The notes beneath the pieces were generated by a model that saw nothing but the letters and a program-made list of their open reading frames with translations, made no database searches and had not been told where the DNA came from. From a virus (lineage: Duplodnaviria; Caudoviricetes): 64,000 nt of DNA. The position numbers and the translations under genes were made by a program. The stretch is taken from the IMG/VR virus record IMGVR_UViG_3300028048_000096, positions 1 through 64,000 of that record; one strand, 5' to 3'. Positions 27,901-38,622 of the stretch are shown piece by piece; position 1 is the first letter of the stretch; each line of letters opens with the position of its first letter.

Positions 27901-30900
27901 TAAAACACCATTCACCGCAAGGTTAAAACTATTTCCAGCAATAGCATTTAATGAGCCAACCAATAAGGAAGGATTAATGTGTCCATTCGCATCAAGTATA
28001 CTTGCCGCGCGAGCATATGAAGCTTGATTATATTCAACGGACTGTACTGTTGCACTTATGCGCTGGAACAAATCTTCAAACTGTGTTTTATAATTTTGAA
28101 CAGTTATTACATTTGTTTCAGGTTCATCCAAATGCCATTCAACTTCAGTAACAACTACAATTTCTTTAACTGGAGTATCTGCAATAACTCCATTTTCTCG
28201 GAAGGTTTCCCAACCAAAGAAATCAGTATCTTCAATATAGGTGCGATCACCTACATCAAAATTGTAGTTTTCATAACCCTCAAGCTCACCAATTTCCATT
28301 ACGTTAATTGTATAGGAAACTTTGGGTTGCGCGCTGGCGTTACTAACTTGAAGAGCATCCATATAATATAATTCATTATCTATATAATCTGTTGATTCCC
28401 AAGTTCCTTCTTGAATAAAACGGCTATATTTTGTGTAAAATTCTTTTTCAATCTCTGCTTTTTCTGCAAGAGCATTATCTATTTGTTGTTTTAAACCAAG
28501 AAATTGATTTTCATAATCTTTAGTAGGAACTAAACGGAAACTTTTAGTTAAACCCTCACCATCTCGAATTATTTCAAACACGAGAGCATTAGTTAAAGGT
28601 TTTGTATGCGGCTCTCCATTAACAGCATATTCTAATTCGTAATTAGTTGGAATCGCAACTATTACAATCTCATCATAAAGAATATCTTCTGTAAAATCTT
28701 TATCATTAACTTCTGATTCCCAATCTGTATTTAGTTCGGGAGAAGCTGAACTTCTGAAATTGCACTTAAATCCTTCGACGTAGTCAGATAAAACTAACTT
28801 TGTTGAGTCGGGTAATCCAGGAGTTGTTGATTTAAAAGTTGTAACAGTTATTCCATAGCTTGGGACACCATTACACTTTATATTTAGGTTATTATATTCT
28901 TCATTAATATTTGTTAATAAGCCACGATAGTTATTAACTTGAACTGCAGCCGCATAAATGTCATCAATTGCTTTGCGTAAAGCAGTGTTTTTCTCAAGTT
29001 GCTCTACATCTGGATTGGTAGCCATAAAATCATTATAAGACTGACCAACAATTGTTTCAAAATCATTTAAAGCTTTTGCATATTTCTCTGAGGCTACTTC
29101 CGCAGATTCAGCATATATATTACGATTAGCTTTCGCATGTTCAAGCGCGGCCGACGCAAGAATATATTCATCAGTTAAACTTTGAATTAATATATTCTTT
29201 TCTTTTAGTGCCTTATTGAAGTTATTTAAATCTTCGTTAAAAGCCGCCTTGTCTTTAATCAAACCTTGATTAAGGTAATAATTAAAGTTAAGAATATAAG
29301 ATTCACCGCTGGGATTTGACCTTGCTTCACCAATGTTAAGTGTTCCACTTGTTGTATAATCACTCGCTGGTTGGCCAACGATTAACTTAGTTACGAATTC
29401 ATTACTATCAATAGAACGATTAATTGAATTTAAGTTAATTCCATATTTGAATCCTGCAAAGTTGTCTTTACCTACATACTCTTTGAAGCAAACTTTCTTA
29501 ATTGGCTTATGATATTTATCAAGTTTAATGCGGCCGATTGAATCGTGTTCTACATTGATTTTTAACCAACATTCAAAAGTCTCACATAAATCTTGAAGTA
29601 TATTGAAGCAGTTGGACTTAGATGCTTCTATAGATAAGATTTTTTCACATTGCTCGTTCTTAATAAGTTCAATCTTCTCAGGATTAATATTTAAGCTACT
29701 CGCAAGAGCATTAAGTGAGCTATAAAGTTCAACTGATTCTGCGGTCATTCCATCTTCGGGTTTCAAATAGAAGTTATTAACCGTTTCAGTTTTTGCTTCC
29801 GGCGCTGAACCCACGAATATAGGATTGCCACTGGCATCTTCATAGTATTTTGTAATTTCAATATCTTCTATGTAAGTGTATTGATCGTTATTATTTGTTT
29901 TATATATAAATAAACCAATACGATTCGTTGGGTCTGCAAGCTTTGCTTGAGAAATCGAATTTTTTGCTATTGCAGTCGTATAATAATAATTTGTAAAATT
30001 TTTATTTGTTTTTGGTTTAAAACTATTATCCTTTACAGACCAAATATATTCTGTATCGTCATCTGTTTCTTTATATACATATTTATCAGAAGGGGTTTGA
30101 ACCACTCCATTGATTAAATATGTATCATGATTACTATTAAATTTACCAGTATTTATAATGACATTACCATTTTGGAAATCGCCATCAAAATCTATATAAA
30201 TCTTTTTATCATTTATTTTTTTAACACTTACTTTGCTACCATCTGCAAGTGTCTTTGGTTCTAAAGTGTATCCAGCGACTACCGCTCGTACATTAGAAGT
30301 TTGGGGATTATTTAGTGTCCCATGTTTAGTTGACGCCCATTGGTAACGTACTCTTAAAAGGAATTCGTCTCCACCAGCGATGCCACCAACAAAAGCAGCA
30401 TTATCAACAATACCGCTATTAAAAAATGGATATTGATATTTTCCTTCATTTTCTATATTGGCTGGGGTCTCTAATTCTAAAAATCCCTTAATTTGCTTTA
30501 ACTCTGAAATTTGAGCTAAAGCAGAAGCAGAAGTAAGCTCTGGAAAAGTTGTAACGCCTAAATCAAGGTATCTATCTGCATTTGTATCAACCGCTTCACT
30601 CCAACCAGTAATTCCAGTTCCATTATAGGTTGTAAAATTACTTCCATTAGTTACATAATTTTGAAGTATCGCAGATGTACCATAATGAGAATCAGAATAA
30701 TTATAAATGTCTTGAACCAATCCATCATCATAAGTAAAATGATAAGTATTAACTGTTCTACCCATGACTGGGTCATACGTTGTAAGATTATTATAAACTA
30801 ATCTGTAACCTTGAGATTCTGTATTTATAAGTCCTATGTTGATGGCGGCCGAGCCATAATTTATCACCATAGGCTCATCAAGATTATCGTATGAAATATT

Positions 30901-31653
30901 TTCAGGAAATCTATAATTAGTACCAATAATTGCATTATTATTATCGTATGACCATTTTTCACGGTCGGCCGCACGTAAAAATTGAACGTCTACGACTTCT
31001 CTATTGGCTATATAACTATAAAATACATAAATAGTTTCTTCGTTTTCAATTGTAACGGTTTCATTGGTATCTGTATTTAATGCATCAAATGTACCATTAA
31101 CTGTACATTCATAAATTGGCTCAACAATTTTTTGTTGAAGTAAATCTGAATTAACTCTATCTACAACCCAATCGGTATCTTCTAAAGTTTTTTCAGCTAA
31201 TTCTATAATTGTACCTTGATTGTTACCTAAATCAGTATTAAATGTAATACCATAACCATTTTTAGATAATTCTTGCACAAATAAATCTGTACAAGTATAA
31301 GAAAAAGTATATTCTTCCGATTCTTCTTCTTTCTCTTTAATTACAAAATCATGCCATTCATCTTTATAGAAAAGTTTGACTTTACGTTCATTAACGAGAA
31401 ATTTTTCAAACGGATTAACGACAAAATCCCCAACCGTTTCATCATAGTATTTATACTTTAATGAAAAAGTTAGGGTCTTTTCGCCATTTGTATTTATTTT
31501 AAATACAGGTGAATATACTCTATTTTGAGAAGTCATTGTATCTGAACCAATTTCAGCTATTTTGACTTCTTCATAGTAGCTTTCTCCATCAGAATCTACA
31601 AGTCTATCTTCCCAAATAGAAATCTGATAGGGTCTTATGAGTTGTTCACCCAT
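24994..31653 (-). CDS. Large minor tail protein (Tal/spike-like, 2219 aa)
   Basis: Follows the Dit-like gene; tail-tip N-terminus, coiled coils, GEIGGFTI and FNNVSVRGAI repeats. Confidence 0.8.
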   Translation of the reverse strand: MGEQLIRPYQISIWEDRLVDSDGESYYEEVKIAEIGSDTMTSQNRVYSPVFKINTNGEKTLTFSLKYKYYDETVGDFVVNPFEKFLVNERKVKLFYKDEWHDFVIKEKEEESEEYTFSYTCTDLFVQELSKNGYGITFNTDLGNNQGTIIELAEKTLEDTDWVVDRVNSDLLQQKIVEPIYECTVNGTFDALNTDTNETVTIENEETIYVFYSYIANREVVDVQFLRAADREKWSYDNNNAIIGTNYRFPENISYDNLDEPMVINYGSAAINIGLINTESQGYRLVYNNLTTYDPVMGRTVNTYHFTYDDGLVQDIYNYSDSHYGTSAILQNYVTNGSNFTTYNGTGITGWSEAVDTNADRYLDLGVTTFPELTSASALAQISELKQIKGFLELETPANIENEGKYQYPFFNSGIVDNAAFVGGIAGGDEFLLRVRYQWASTKHGTLNNPQTSNVRAVVAGYTLEPKTLADGSKVSVKKINDKKIYIDFDGDFQNGNVIINTGKFNSNHDTYLINGVVQTPSDKYVYKETDDDTEYIWSVKDNSFKPKTNKNFTNYYYTTAIAKNSISQAKLADPTNRIGLFIYKTNNNDQYTYIEDIEITKYYEDASGNPIFVGSAPEAKTETVNNFYLKPEDGMTAESVELYSSLNALASSLNINPEKIELIKNEQCEKILSIEASKSNCFNILQDLCETFECWLKINVEHDSIGRIKLDKYHKPIKKVCFKEYVGKDNFAGFKYGINLNSINRSIDSNEFVTKLIVGQPASDYTTSGTLNIGEARSNPSGESYILNFNYYLNQGLIKDKAAFNEDLNNFNKALKEKNILIQSLTDEYILASAALEHAKANRNIYAESAEVASEKYAKALNDFETIVGQSYNDFMATNPDVEQLEKNTALRKAIDDIYAAAVQVNNYRGLLTNINEEYNNLNIKCNGVPSYGITVTTFKSTTPGLPDSTKLVLSDYVEGFKCNFRSSASPELNTDWESEVNDKDFTEDILYDEIVIVAIPTNYELEYAVNGEPHTKPLTNALVFEIIRDGEGLTKSFRLVPTKDYENQFLGLKQQIDNALAEKAEIEKEFYTKYSRFIQEGTWESTDYIDNELYYMDALQVSNASAQPKVSYTINVMEIGELEGYENYNFDVGDRTYIEDTDFFGWETFRENGVIADTPVKEIVVVTEVEWHLDEPETNVITVQNYKTQFEDLFQRISATVQSVEYNQASYARAASILDANGHINPSLLVGSLNAIAGNSFNLAVNGVLKVTDEGIVVRNLTNPGNLLIIKSRGIESSQDGGTTWQNLVSPQGINTEKLTSGSIDTQNITIMDGESPSFRWDSNGISAYGFTESAPGRRLRSTTDNKKIDLNTYVRYDKYGLYGVQNGEDYVATSLEDIKEKASFGLTWDGFFIKNKYRDGYVSISSTDDFQVVANGTERIKIGKFNDNDKYGIRIKNDEGATVFETDDNGDISMAGIIRAAGGEIGGFTIGQNNLHNGEFGRPGSVFLSTGYNSSIPIADATGTRDWAIAVGHTFGVDTDGRLYAMAANIHGNIYAENGYFSGRIDATSGTFMNELRVGGGEKYIVLQGYPDRSDSLIASSDYINNPTAGWAISGYGDAIFNNVSVRGAIKTAVFEYNEIEAVGGAFLFRPSTTIKGARIRNNDIVLTLEKPNLFQVDEWVKLSNVNTASSDVSTILNDGGLTHVYKVIGASGKEVTLEGAAADFIAGDEPDTTYDSWGEVKYGYRPFAPGEDGNPEGPIAFNPEAWGLYELVNDEYVLTEDIEAVDGKIYYEQFYPDYTTVHFSEQYSQEDAAKYENLQNYVDLDITLGAPKYEVYFNDRGYIKNMNLEIRNIGVETTDIIYDEIKTSFEDTSTGEVWYYTIEKYIGNLALFSLELKNTGENFLVAQISEIYKATPESAGVPDSYTRIYSDLNGEIPFVLKPLQAQDTVDSLEGGSLISFGYYRSSDRYEDGIHNYGIGINSSDNYVNLPQRAISLFESEIHPDLNDTIKVTYNFRGILGTLPPINSFGLGSIYSNYLQGTQGIYTDNMYIGDASRYLTFYTVPEHYELTQDTQVDNDKTYYSKNNNVYTEVEPQGNENPHIEGWYEDIPSAKNLRINGADIIFTYEIDGQTTTGDINDVINDIEVDGGEGLVLTITSNHSPSYDSSNISATLTAHLYQNGTEVTPYNAIQALNYQINWYINGTLDSLSGKNTNVYSVTAIDSVTVTAKLEDISE

Positions 31654-31667
31654 CTCCTTTTTCCTCC

Positions 31668-33164
31668 TTAATAGTATAAATAATTATAATGAATTCTTGC
31701 ATCTAATGCGGTCGCGCAGTTTAAGTAAATTGTTTGTGTGTGTGAGCCATCATAAGTATCAAACATTGTCCAATCATTTGCTTTAATCTTCACAAAGTCG
31801 CCCGCGACAATATATTCATTATATAAGTTACCCGTTGTCCTCCAAGTTGAGGTCGCCATATCATAAACCACTCCTTCTATTAAGTGGTTATTTGTATTAA
31901 TAATTACACCATTTTCCTTATTTAATGTAGTAGATGATTCAAACGGTTTTAATCTCAGTAATTGATTATCAACATTTATATCAATATAATCACCACTTGC
32001 TGGAGTTAATGAACCAGAATCTACAGTATTACGCATTGATATTTTAATTTTATTTACAGCATCAGGTTCTGTACTAGGCGTGCCAGAATATGTAATACCT
32101 ATATCTTCTAAATTTATTTCATCACTTCCATAATGCCACGCATCATCAGAATAATAAAAAGTATAAACACCATTATATGGATAAACAGATTTAAAAATCT
32201 CTTCATCTACTATAACTTCACCAAAATATGTTGGAGCATCAGCCGTAATTTCTATATTTTCTCCATTACCAAAAGGCAAATATAAGTAAAATGGCGCATC
32301 CACATCTCCAGCATTATAAACTGGAATACACGCATTATAACCAACCACATTTTGTACTTCATAAACACTATCTACATGATACTTCTTATAATATTCATAT
32401 GGTAAAATTCCACTCGATTCCGCCCAATCTTCAGTATTGTCATAAATCGTAATAGTGTTACCCGAATCTATTTCAATAACTGTATATTTCGGGTCGTTTT
32501 CATCAATTACTTCGCCTTCCGCAGCATGTTCTGTATCATAAGCAATACGTTCTTGCGCCTCTCCAATGGTTCTCGGATTGTTCTTGTAATAAACTCCAAT
32601 TCCCCAAGTTGGTTTAAAATCAAAGTTTCCATAAAGGTCAAGAACTTTAAATTGATCAACCGCATAAGGATAAATACATTCAAATTCAATTGTACCTTCA
32701 CCCTTATAAATACGTTGCGTTCTTCCCGTATATATTTTATGGTCTATACTCTGAGGAATGTATCCACCATTATTATCTAACTCTGAATGGTCTTCCCAAA
32801 AATATTGTTCTTCATCAAAACATATATAGTTAAGTTGCGGCGGCGCGGAAATTTTTGCTGTATATACCTTATAAGGTCTTTCATCAAGAATTAACTTACA
32901 AGGCTTTTTAATTGCTAATAATTTTCTTAACTGTCTAAATTGACTTTCAGTCAAAGAATCAAAAGCAATTTGAATTGTTATTGGTTTCGTTCTATATAAT
33001 GAGCCAAAGAAGTAACTTCCATTTTCACCAGGAACAGGAACAATTTTATCTTCTATCTCTGGTACTAAAGACTCATTATATCTATCTCCATCGCTTACCC
33101 TTGTAATACCCAAACGAGAACTATGGATACCATCAAAGCTAAACCCTAAAAAGTCTCCTTTCAT
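31668..33164 (-). CDS. Distal tail protein (Dit-like) with insertions
   Basis: GFSFDGIHSSRLGI...VPGENG.Y...LILDERPYKVY.AK typical of Dit N-termini. Confidence 0.75.
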   Translation of the reverse strand: MKGDFLGFSFDGIHSSRLGITRVSDGDRYNESLVPEIEDKIVPVPGENGSYFFGSLYRTKPITIQIAFDSLTESQFRQLRKLLAIKKPCKLILDERPYKVYTAKISAPPQLNYICFDEEQYFWEDHSELDNNGGYIPQSIDHKIYTGRTQRIYKGEGTIEFECIYPYAVDQFKVLDLYGNFDFKPTWGIGVYYKNNPRTIGEAQERIAYDTEHAAEGEVIDENDPKYTVIEIDSGNTITIYDNTEDWAESSGILPYEYYKKYHVDSVYEVQNVVGYNACIPVYNAGDVDAPFYLYLPFGNGENIEITADAPTYFGEVIVDEEIFKSVYPYNGVYTFYYSDDAWHYGSDEINLEDIGITYSGTPSTEPDAVNKIKISMRNTVDSGSLTPASGDYIDINVDNQLLRLKPFESSTTLNKENGVIINTNNHLIEGVVYDMATSTWRTTGNLYNEYIVAGDFVKIKANDWTMFDTYDGSHTQTIYLNCATALDARIHYNYLYY

Positions 33165-33177
33165 TCTCCTTTACTCC

Positions 33178-34827
33178 TTAATTTCTCCATAAAGCTATCA
33201 ATGTTGTTGAAGCATTTTTAGTGAAAGTTCCACCAGCAGGATATAATCTAACACCTTCCTCTTGTGCATACCAACCACCAAATGTATATCCTTCTCTAGT
33301 GGGCCTTGTTTTTGATATTTTAAGAGGCCTATCATGAAATTTATACTGCGGATCTGGCGCTCCAGAGCCTCCATTTACATCATAAGTAATAGTATATGTT
33401 TTCTTTTTATATAAAATATCAACACTAGTCTTAATATTACTTACTGCAGCATCAAGAGCTGTGAGTTTTAAATATAAAACACCCGATTTGGGGTCATTTC
33501 CTTGCCACCAAATACCATAAATATTAGCATTTTTGGGATTACTTGTTCCATTCATATAAGTTTCCCAAGTTATTACACCAAGAATTTCATAGCCTTCAAT
33601 ATTTAAGTTTTCACCAGTTATTACTGTATTAGGTATAGTATCTGAAGGAATTGCTGTAGGATTATCTCCATAAACAACCGTTTTAATTGAATTTAAACCA
33701 ATTGAAGTAGGTCCAGCATGGTATCTTACTGTTTTTAAATAATCGTTAAATAAATCCGCAGCAGCGTCGCTAATTGCATTTTTATTTTCATCTGAATCAA
33801 ATAATGACTCTACATATTCTTCTAATGTTTGTTCACCAACATAGATGCCACCATTCATAACAATGTCATCTTCTAAATTGGTTGGTGAAGTAAAAGTAAT
33901 TATACCATTATCTGTATGCGCACCAATTGTATCAACTGTAATACCAGAAGCATCTAAATTATTTGCATAAATGTCTCCATAGACAGTTAAATCCTTATTG
34001 TCTCCTTGAGTACCAATTACAACTTGACCAGTAGGTAATAAATTAATATTTTCTTGACTATAGATGCCAACACCATTATTATAATTATCTAAATCAATTA
34101 TAGTAATGGCGCCATCTCCATCGTCAATTTTAATTTTTTTACTACCATCGCTATCGGCACCATTAAAGGTTATATCGGTAGTTATTAAATTGGTAAGATA
34201 GCCTGCACTATTAAACTCCAAATCTCCTGTATCATTAGGAATATGAGGTATATAAACATAAGTTTTTACTTCTTCATCTGTACCATCAATATCATGATAA
34301 GTAACACTGATATATCCTATTTCATCTTCTGCTGGAATTGTGCTATGATAAATAACTGTTGGCGCGGTTAAACTCTCAAGCATATCCTTAACTGCACCGA
34401 CGCTTATAGCAGACTCATCACCATCATCAATTTTAACAACTCCATAGGTCTCATCAGTGGCTACTCCCTTGGCAACCATTTCCCAATAAGTTGTATTATT
34501 CAAACCCTGTGTTATATCTGAATCAGCTGTATATGAAAAATTAACTACTTCTCCATCCGTCCACGCGCCAGGTAATGCGCCATTTTGATTTGTATTCTTA
34601 ATCGAATCTCCATTACTATTACCAGTAGCTGACATTTCTTGTTCAGAATCTCCAATTGTATAAACCAACGATGGATTTTCTACAGAATTTCTATGCGCGA
34701 AATATACACTTAAAATATCCCCAGGTTGTAAATCGTTTGGATTAAAATCTGCTTGTTTAATCTTCACAACCTTTTGAGGAACATTTTCTCCTGTAATTGA
34801 CGTTCCATAATAAACTGTACTTGCCAT
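33178..34827 (-). CDS. Tail fibre/baseplate protein with C-terminal Listeria-Bacteroides repeat
   Basis: Start MASTVY; YTITYDVNGGSGAP...PTREGYTFGGWY. Confidence 0.65.
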   Translation of the reverse strand: MASTVYYGTSITGENVPQKVVKIKQADFNPNDLQPGDILSVYFAHRNSVENPSLVYTIGDSEQEMSATGNSNGDSIKNTNQNGALPGAWTDGEVVNFSYTADSDITQGLNNTTYWEMVAKGVATDETYGVVKIDDGDESAISVGAVKDMLESLTAPTVIYHSTIPAEDEIGYISVTYHDIDGTDEEVKTYVYIPHIPNDTGDLEFNSAGYLTNLITTDITFNGADSDGSKKIKIDDGDGAITIIDLDNYNNGVGIYSQENINLLPTGQVVIGTQGDNKDLTVYGDIYANNLDASGITVDTIGAHTDNGIITFTSPTNLEDDIVMNGGIYVGEQTLEEYVESLFDSDENKNAISDAAADLFNDYLKTVRYHAGPTSIGLNSIKTVVYGDNPTAIPSDTIPNTVITGENLNIEGYEILGVITWETYMNGTSNPKNANIYGIWWQGNDPKSGVLYLKLTALDAAVSNIKTSVDILYKKKTYTITYDVNGGSGAPDPQYKFHDRPLKISKTRPTREGYTFGGWYAQEEGVRLYPAGGTFTKNASTTLIALWRN

Positions 34828-34945
34828 TACTTTCCTCCTTTTATCTCTATCTATATAATAAAAAATCCACTTAATCACTATAATTAAGTGGATTTTAAAT
34901 ACAAAGTATCTACTTATTCAATTCCAAACCGCAAATAGAAAATCA

Positions 34946-35965
34946 CTATTTCTTATAAGCTTTGGCTTTAGCTTGGGTTGCACTACCCCAAAGACCATCT
35001 GCAGTTAGTTTCATAGCACTTTGGAATTTCTTAACCGCATTTACAGTATTAGGTCCATAAATTCCATCAGTAGCTAATTTATAGCTTCCATACCAATTTA
35101 AGAACGCTTGAATACGAGTTACTTGCGTTCCCCTATCACCAGATTTAAAATATCCTCTTGAAGGAAGTACTGGCCATGTACCAGTATAACCAGCTGGCGC
35201 AGCCACCTTAGTTAAATAAGTTGTTGAGGAGTCTTTTACACAAACCCAACCGTTCTTTCCATTGTAATTTGGCACATAAACCCAATTACCATGCTGTTTT
35301 GTGGTCTTAACTGTAACTCCCTTAGGAACTGTTCCTACAATTTTATAACTTGTTGATGCACCTTGACGAATGTTCATAACATCATTTGTTTTATAATATG
35401 CAGTAACATCAGTAGTCGTTGTAGTCGTGGTAGTTGTCGTAGAATTATTAGGTACATTAACTGTCCAAAGTTGTGCTATTAATCCGTACATTTGTGTTTC
35501 ATAGCAATGCCATCCATCGTTATGCCTTCCACCAGGATCACGGGTATACAAATAGTGGTATCCGTTTTTCTTGTAATATCCTGAAAAAGCAACATAATGA
35601 CCAGTTGTTGTCCATGTAACACCACCCCTGGTTCCTTTTTTGAACCAAATAACACCAGCAACATTTCCAGCATCGCAAGCCTTCCAAAACGATGCCATGT
35701 CATAATGAACGCCTACTTTATAACCGTAATATTTTAAACAACTCGTAATTCCCGACGCATAGGTTCCGCTACCATTAAGACAGTAACCATTATTAATCAT
35801 ATATGCACGAGTTATAGCGGGGGTTATATCACGTTTTATGTTATAGATTATTGATGCACAGGCTGTAGGGCCGCATCCTGAGTCACTCATATAATATGGA
35901 GCTCTTGAATAAGGAAGTGAGCCCCAACGAGAATCTGCTTGACGAAAGGTAACAAATTTACTCAT
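34946..35965 (-). CDS. Endolysin (C39-like cysteine peptidase, SH3b, peptidoglycan-binding domain)
   Basis: Q.D.RW, SGCGPTA, GHYV, DPG; SH3-like NIRQGASTSY; PG_binding DGIYGPNT..AVKKFQ. Confidence 0.85.
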   Translation of the reverse strand: MSKFVTFRQADSRWGSLPYSRAPYYMSDSGCGPTACASIIYNIKRDITPAITRAYMINNGYCLNGSGTYASGITSCLKYYGYKVGVHYDMASFWKACDAGNVAGVIWFKKGTRGGVTWTTTGHYVAFSGYYKKNGYHYLYTRDPGGRHNDGWHCYETQMYGLIAQLWTVNVPNNSTTTTTTTTTTDVTAYYKTNDVMNIRQGASTSYKIVGTVPKGVTVKTTKQHGNWVYVPNYNGKNGWVCVKDSSTTYLTKVAAPAGYTGTWPVLPSRGYFKSGDRGTQVTRIQAFLNWYGSYKLATDGIYGPNTVNAVKKFQSAMKLTADGLWGSATQAKAKAYKK

Positions 35966-36269
35966 TTTCGGCCTCCACTGCGGGCAGGTCCTCCTCTTCA
36001 TAAGTTAATTCTTGAGCATCTGCTTTATTAATCTTAATTTCGTTAAGCCAACCTTGCGCTTTGGCTGCAGCGCTTGTAATATTCTGATTCTTCCACCAAG
36101 CATAAATAACTGCAATTGCAGATAAGAAATTAGAAATTAATTCATACACTTGGCTCTCAGAATATGGAATTGGGTTCTTACCATAAGCTGTAAGAATTGT
36201 GTTTACTAAAAGTAAAGCGGTTACAATAAGAGTAGTAATTGCTTTAATTCTTTCTTTTATTACATCCAT
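35958..36269 (-). CDS. Holin (SPP1-like)
   Basis: Two TM segments, GKNPIP, WWKNQNIT..A..AQ; adjacent to endolysin. Confidence 0.85.
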   Translation of the reverse strand: MDVIKERIKAITTLIVTALLLVNTILTAYGKNPIPYSESQVYELISNFLSAIAVIYAWWKNQNITSAAAKAQGWLNEIKINKADAQELTYEEEDLPAVEAENE

Positions 36270-36283
36270 AAGCTGTCCTCCTT

Positions 36284-36652
36284 TTAAAATTTGCCTTCAT
36301 TGGTTAAACGCTCATACTGATTGCTAATATAAGAATCCCCATCTCCAAGAGCGAGATAAGCATCATATTCTGTATGAAGGCGTCTAATTACTCCCTCTGA
36401 AAGCTTTTCTCCATTCTGAATGCGGTCAAAATGGATTATTAGTGTTGTTTTTATTTGTTCAATATTATTTTTGTCAATCTTGACATTAAGACCATCAATT
36501 TTGTCAATAATTTCAGTCTTAGTTTCATCAAGTTGTTTAGCTAATTCAGCAGTTTTATCTTTCTTTTTATCCTGTCTCGTAATAAGATATTGAATAAAAG
36601 CAAAAATCGCTGAATTACCTATAAGTAAAGCAATTATTTGATTTATGTCCAT
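36284..36652 (-). CDS. Membrane protein in lysis cassette
   Basis: N-terminal TM, coiled coil, Y.ALG.G. Confidence 0.65.
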   Translation of the reverse strand: MDINQIIALLIGNSAIFAFIQYLITRQDKKKDKTAELAKQLDETKTEIIDKIDGLNVKIDKNNIEQIKTTLIIHFDRIQNGEKLSEGVIRRLHTEYDAYLALGDGDSYISNQYERLTNEGKF

Positions 36653-36782
36653 TAAAATCCTCCGGTCAACCTCGTACTCATAAGAAATGCCCTTCTCATA
36701 AATATAAGTTAAAAAGAGAATCAGTGGGTATAGGTTTTTGAGTTAAGTTGAACGTTGATGGCGGCCGAGCGTAATTTTGCTC

Positions 36783-36812
36783 AAAAAAAGCACCCATATA
36801 AAGGGTGCTTTT
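36783..36812 (-). terminator. Intrinsic terminator
   Basis: AAAAGCACCC-atataaa-GGGTGCTTTT. Confidence 0.75.
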
Positions 36813-36816
36813 ATCT

Positions 36817-37326
36817 TTAGTCCATCTTATTCATCATTTCTAAGATTGCTTTTCTTGTTTTTTCGTCAGAAGCCGTTTCCATTAATTTTCTTAATTCCTG
36901 TTTCATTTCTTCAGGGTCGCTTCCATGCCTACTATATCCATCATTTGTATACATAGGATATATCATAGGATATCTATATGAATTACCCATATCATAATTC
37001 GATGAACCCATGCCGCGGCCGCCTTGTCCACCTTGACCACGGCCGCCCTGTGCGTAGGAATAATCTCCATATGAATTCCAAGGGTCTCTCTGTCCGCCAT
37101 ATGTTCCATCGACATAATATCTACCCATAGAACGTTGACTATATCCACCCATCATCTCTTCTTTTTCTGACTCAAGTTTTTCAATCTTCATTAAATTTTT
37201 TAATGAACCAGTTAAACCTTTTAATAACTCCACAGTTGCGGGAGTGTCAATTTCTTTCTTCTTCGCAATACCTTCTAATTCTTTGCACACCATTTCTTGA
37301 AGGTCGCGTGAAACATATCTATCCAT
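36817..37326 (-). CDS. Hypothetical protein (six-gene module, gene 6)
   Basis: Helical ends with a G/Y/R/S-rich low-complexity centre. Confidence 0.75.
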   Translation of the reverse strand: MDRYVSRDLQEMVCKELEGIAKKKEIDTPATVELLKGLTGSLKNLMKIEKLESEKEEMMGGYSQRSMGRYYVDGTYGGQRDPWNSYGDYSYAQGGRGQGGQGGRGMGSSNYDMGNSYRYPMIYPMYTNDGYSRHGSDPEEMKQELRKLMETASDEKTRKAILEMMNKMD

Positions 37327-37338
37327 ACTGAACCTCCT

Positions 37339-37773
37339 TTATGCTGTTCTTTCGACAATTAAATTGGCATTTTGTACATTAATTGCTTGGTCAGAAGTAT
37401 TTTCTACTGCTATTGTATAGCAGCATCCTCTGGGAACAGTTATATATAACTCCTCAGCAATATTCCAATAAGAATCAACTACTGTAGGAGTTACAATTGC
37501 TGAACTTGTAGGCACTGGTTCACCATCAATTGCTAAAGCAACTGAAATTGGACCAGCAGTACCGTCAGTAGGAACTGCAATATTTCCACCAAAGAAAATT
37601 CTATAACGTGCAAAACAACCACAAGAGTTATTAACAATACCGCGCAAAGTCACTATGCCGGAGCCCTCTCTATGGAGTACGTAGCCTCTATTACAAGGAA
37701 CTGCGGTTTCGGTAAACAAGATATTTTGACCAGCAGCTACTTCTTGAACTGCATTACTTGTAAATTCCGCCAT
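37339..37773 (-). CDS. Beta-sandwich protein, BclA C-terminal-like (module gene 5)
   Basis: MAEFTSNAVQ.V..GQNILF...HREGSG..TLRG...NANLIVER. Confidence 0.6.
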   Translation of the reverse strand: MAEFTSNAVQEVAAGQNILFTETAVPCNRGYVLHREGSGIVTLRGIVNNSCGCFARYRIFFGGNIAVPTDGTAGPISVALAIDGEPVPTSSAIVTPTVVDSYWNIAEELYITVPRGCCYTIAVENTSDQAINVQNANLIVERTA

Positions 37774-37790
37774 TGTTAACACCTCCCTAA

Positions 37791-38558
37791 TTAGAAACTA
37801 CCACAGCCGCAGCCATAGTTAGTCTGTCCACAGCAATTAGGGTTCTGTACTACATATGCAGGAACAGGTGTGGGATTCAGATACTGTTCAAGCGCAACCG
37901 TCTGAGCCGCATTATCTGCAAGAATTCTTGCGGTCTGTGCGGTCTGTGAAGCCTGCATATTAGCAAGGTTAATCTGTGTTTGAAGATTTGCGTTTTGAGT
38001 TTTAAGTGCATCAATTTCTTGCTGACAAAGTTTATCAATGATTGTTTGGATGCCTGCATTCTGATTTGCAATGATGTCACGAACGCCATCGCTAACAGCA
38101 GCACGGTCTGCGCATGCTTCTCTAGCAATATCTGCACCAAGGTTGGCAAGTCCAAGCCTATTTTCGCAGCAACAATCTTGGAAATTAGAAGCTAAATTAC
38201 TCATCATTGCTGTTGTAGCAACCTGATTTGCATTTAAAGTTTGAAGAATGTTTGCCTGAGAATTACATCTTGATACTTCAGCATTAGCAAAACCATTGCC
38301 TACTGCAGTTGCAAGATTTCCAAGAGAATTCATAACTGCACTCTGGTCAAATCCTCTCTGAACATCAGATACTACATAAGTCGCACCATCACCGCTTCCG
38401 TTATTTCCGCCAAAACCTCCGCGATTCCAGCCGCCAGCAAAAGCAAATAAGAAAAGAACGATTAACCACCAGGCGCCTCCTTCTCCTCCAAATCCATCTC
38501 TGCCACCAGTTACAGCAGCGATATCAGATACACTAAGTCCACCATCAGTTAAAGACAT
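37791..38558 (-). CDS. Gly-rich membrane/coiled-coil protein (module gene 4)
   Basis: GGAWWLIVLFLFAF.GGW, QRGFD, QDCCCENR, C-terminal CGCG. Confidence 0.75.
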   Translation of the reverse strand: MSLTDGGLSVSDIAAVTGGRDGFGGEGGAWWLIVLFLFAFAGGWNRGGFGGNNGSGDGATYVVSDVQRGFDQSAVMNSLGNLATAVGNGFANAEVSRCNSQANILQTLNANQVATTAMMSNLASNFQDCCCENRLGLANLGADIAREACADRAAVSDGVRDIIANQNAGIQTIIDKLCQQEIDALKTQNANLQTQINLANMQASQTAQTARILADNAAQTVALEQYLNPTPVPAYVVQNPNCCGQTNYGCGCGSF

Positions 38559-38622
38559 TTTATTTTCCTCCTATAAGATAAAAGATATAACCTATCTCAT
38601 AGAGAGGATTGGAAATTTATTT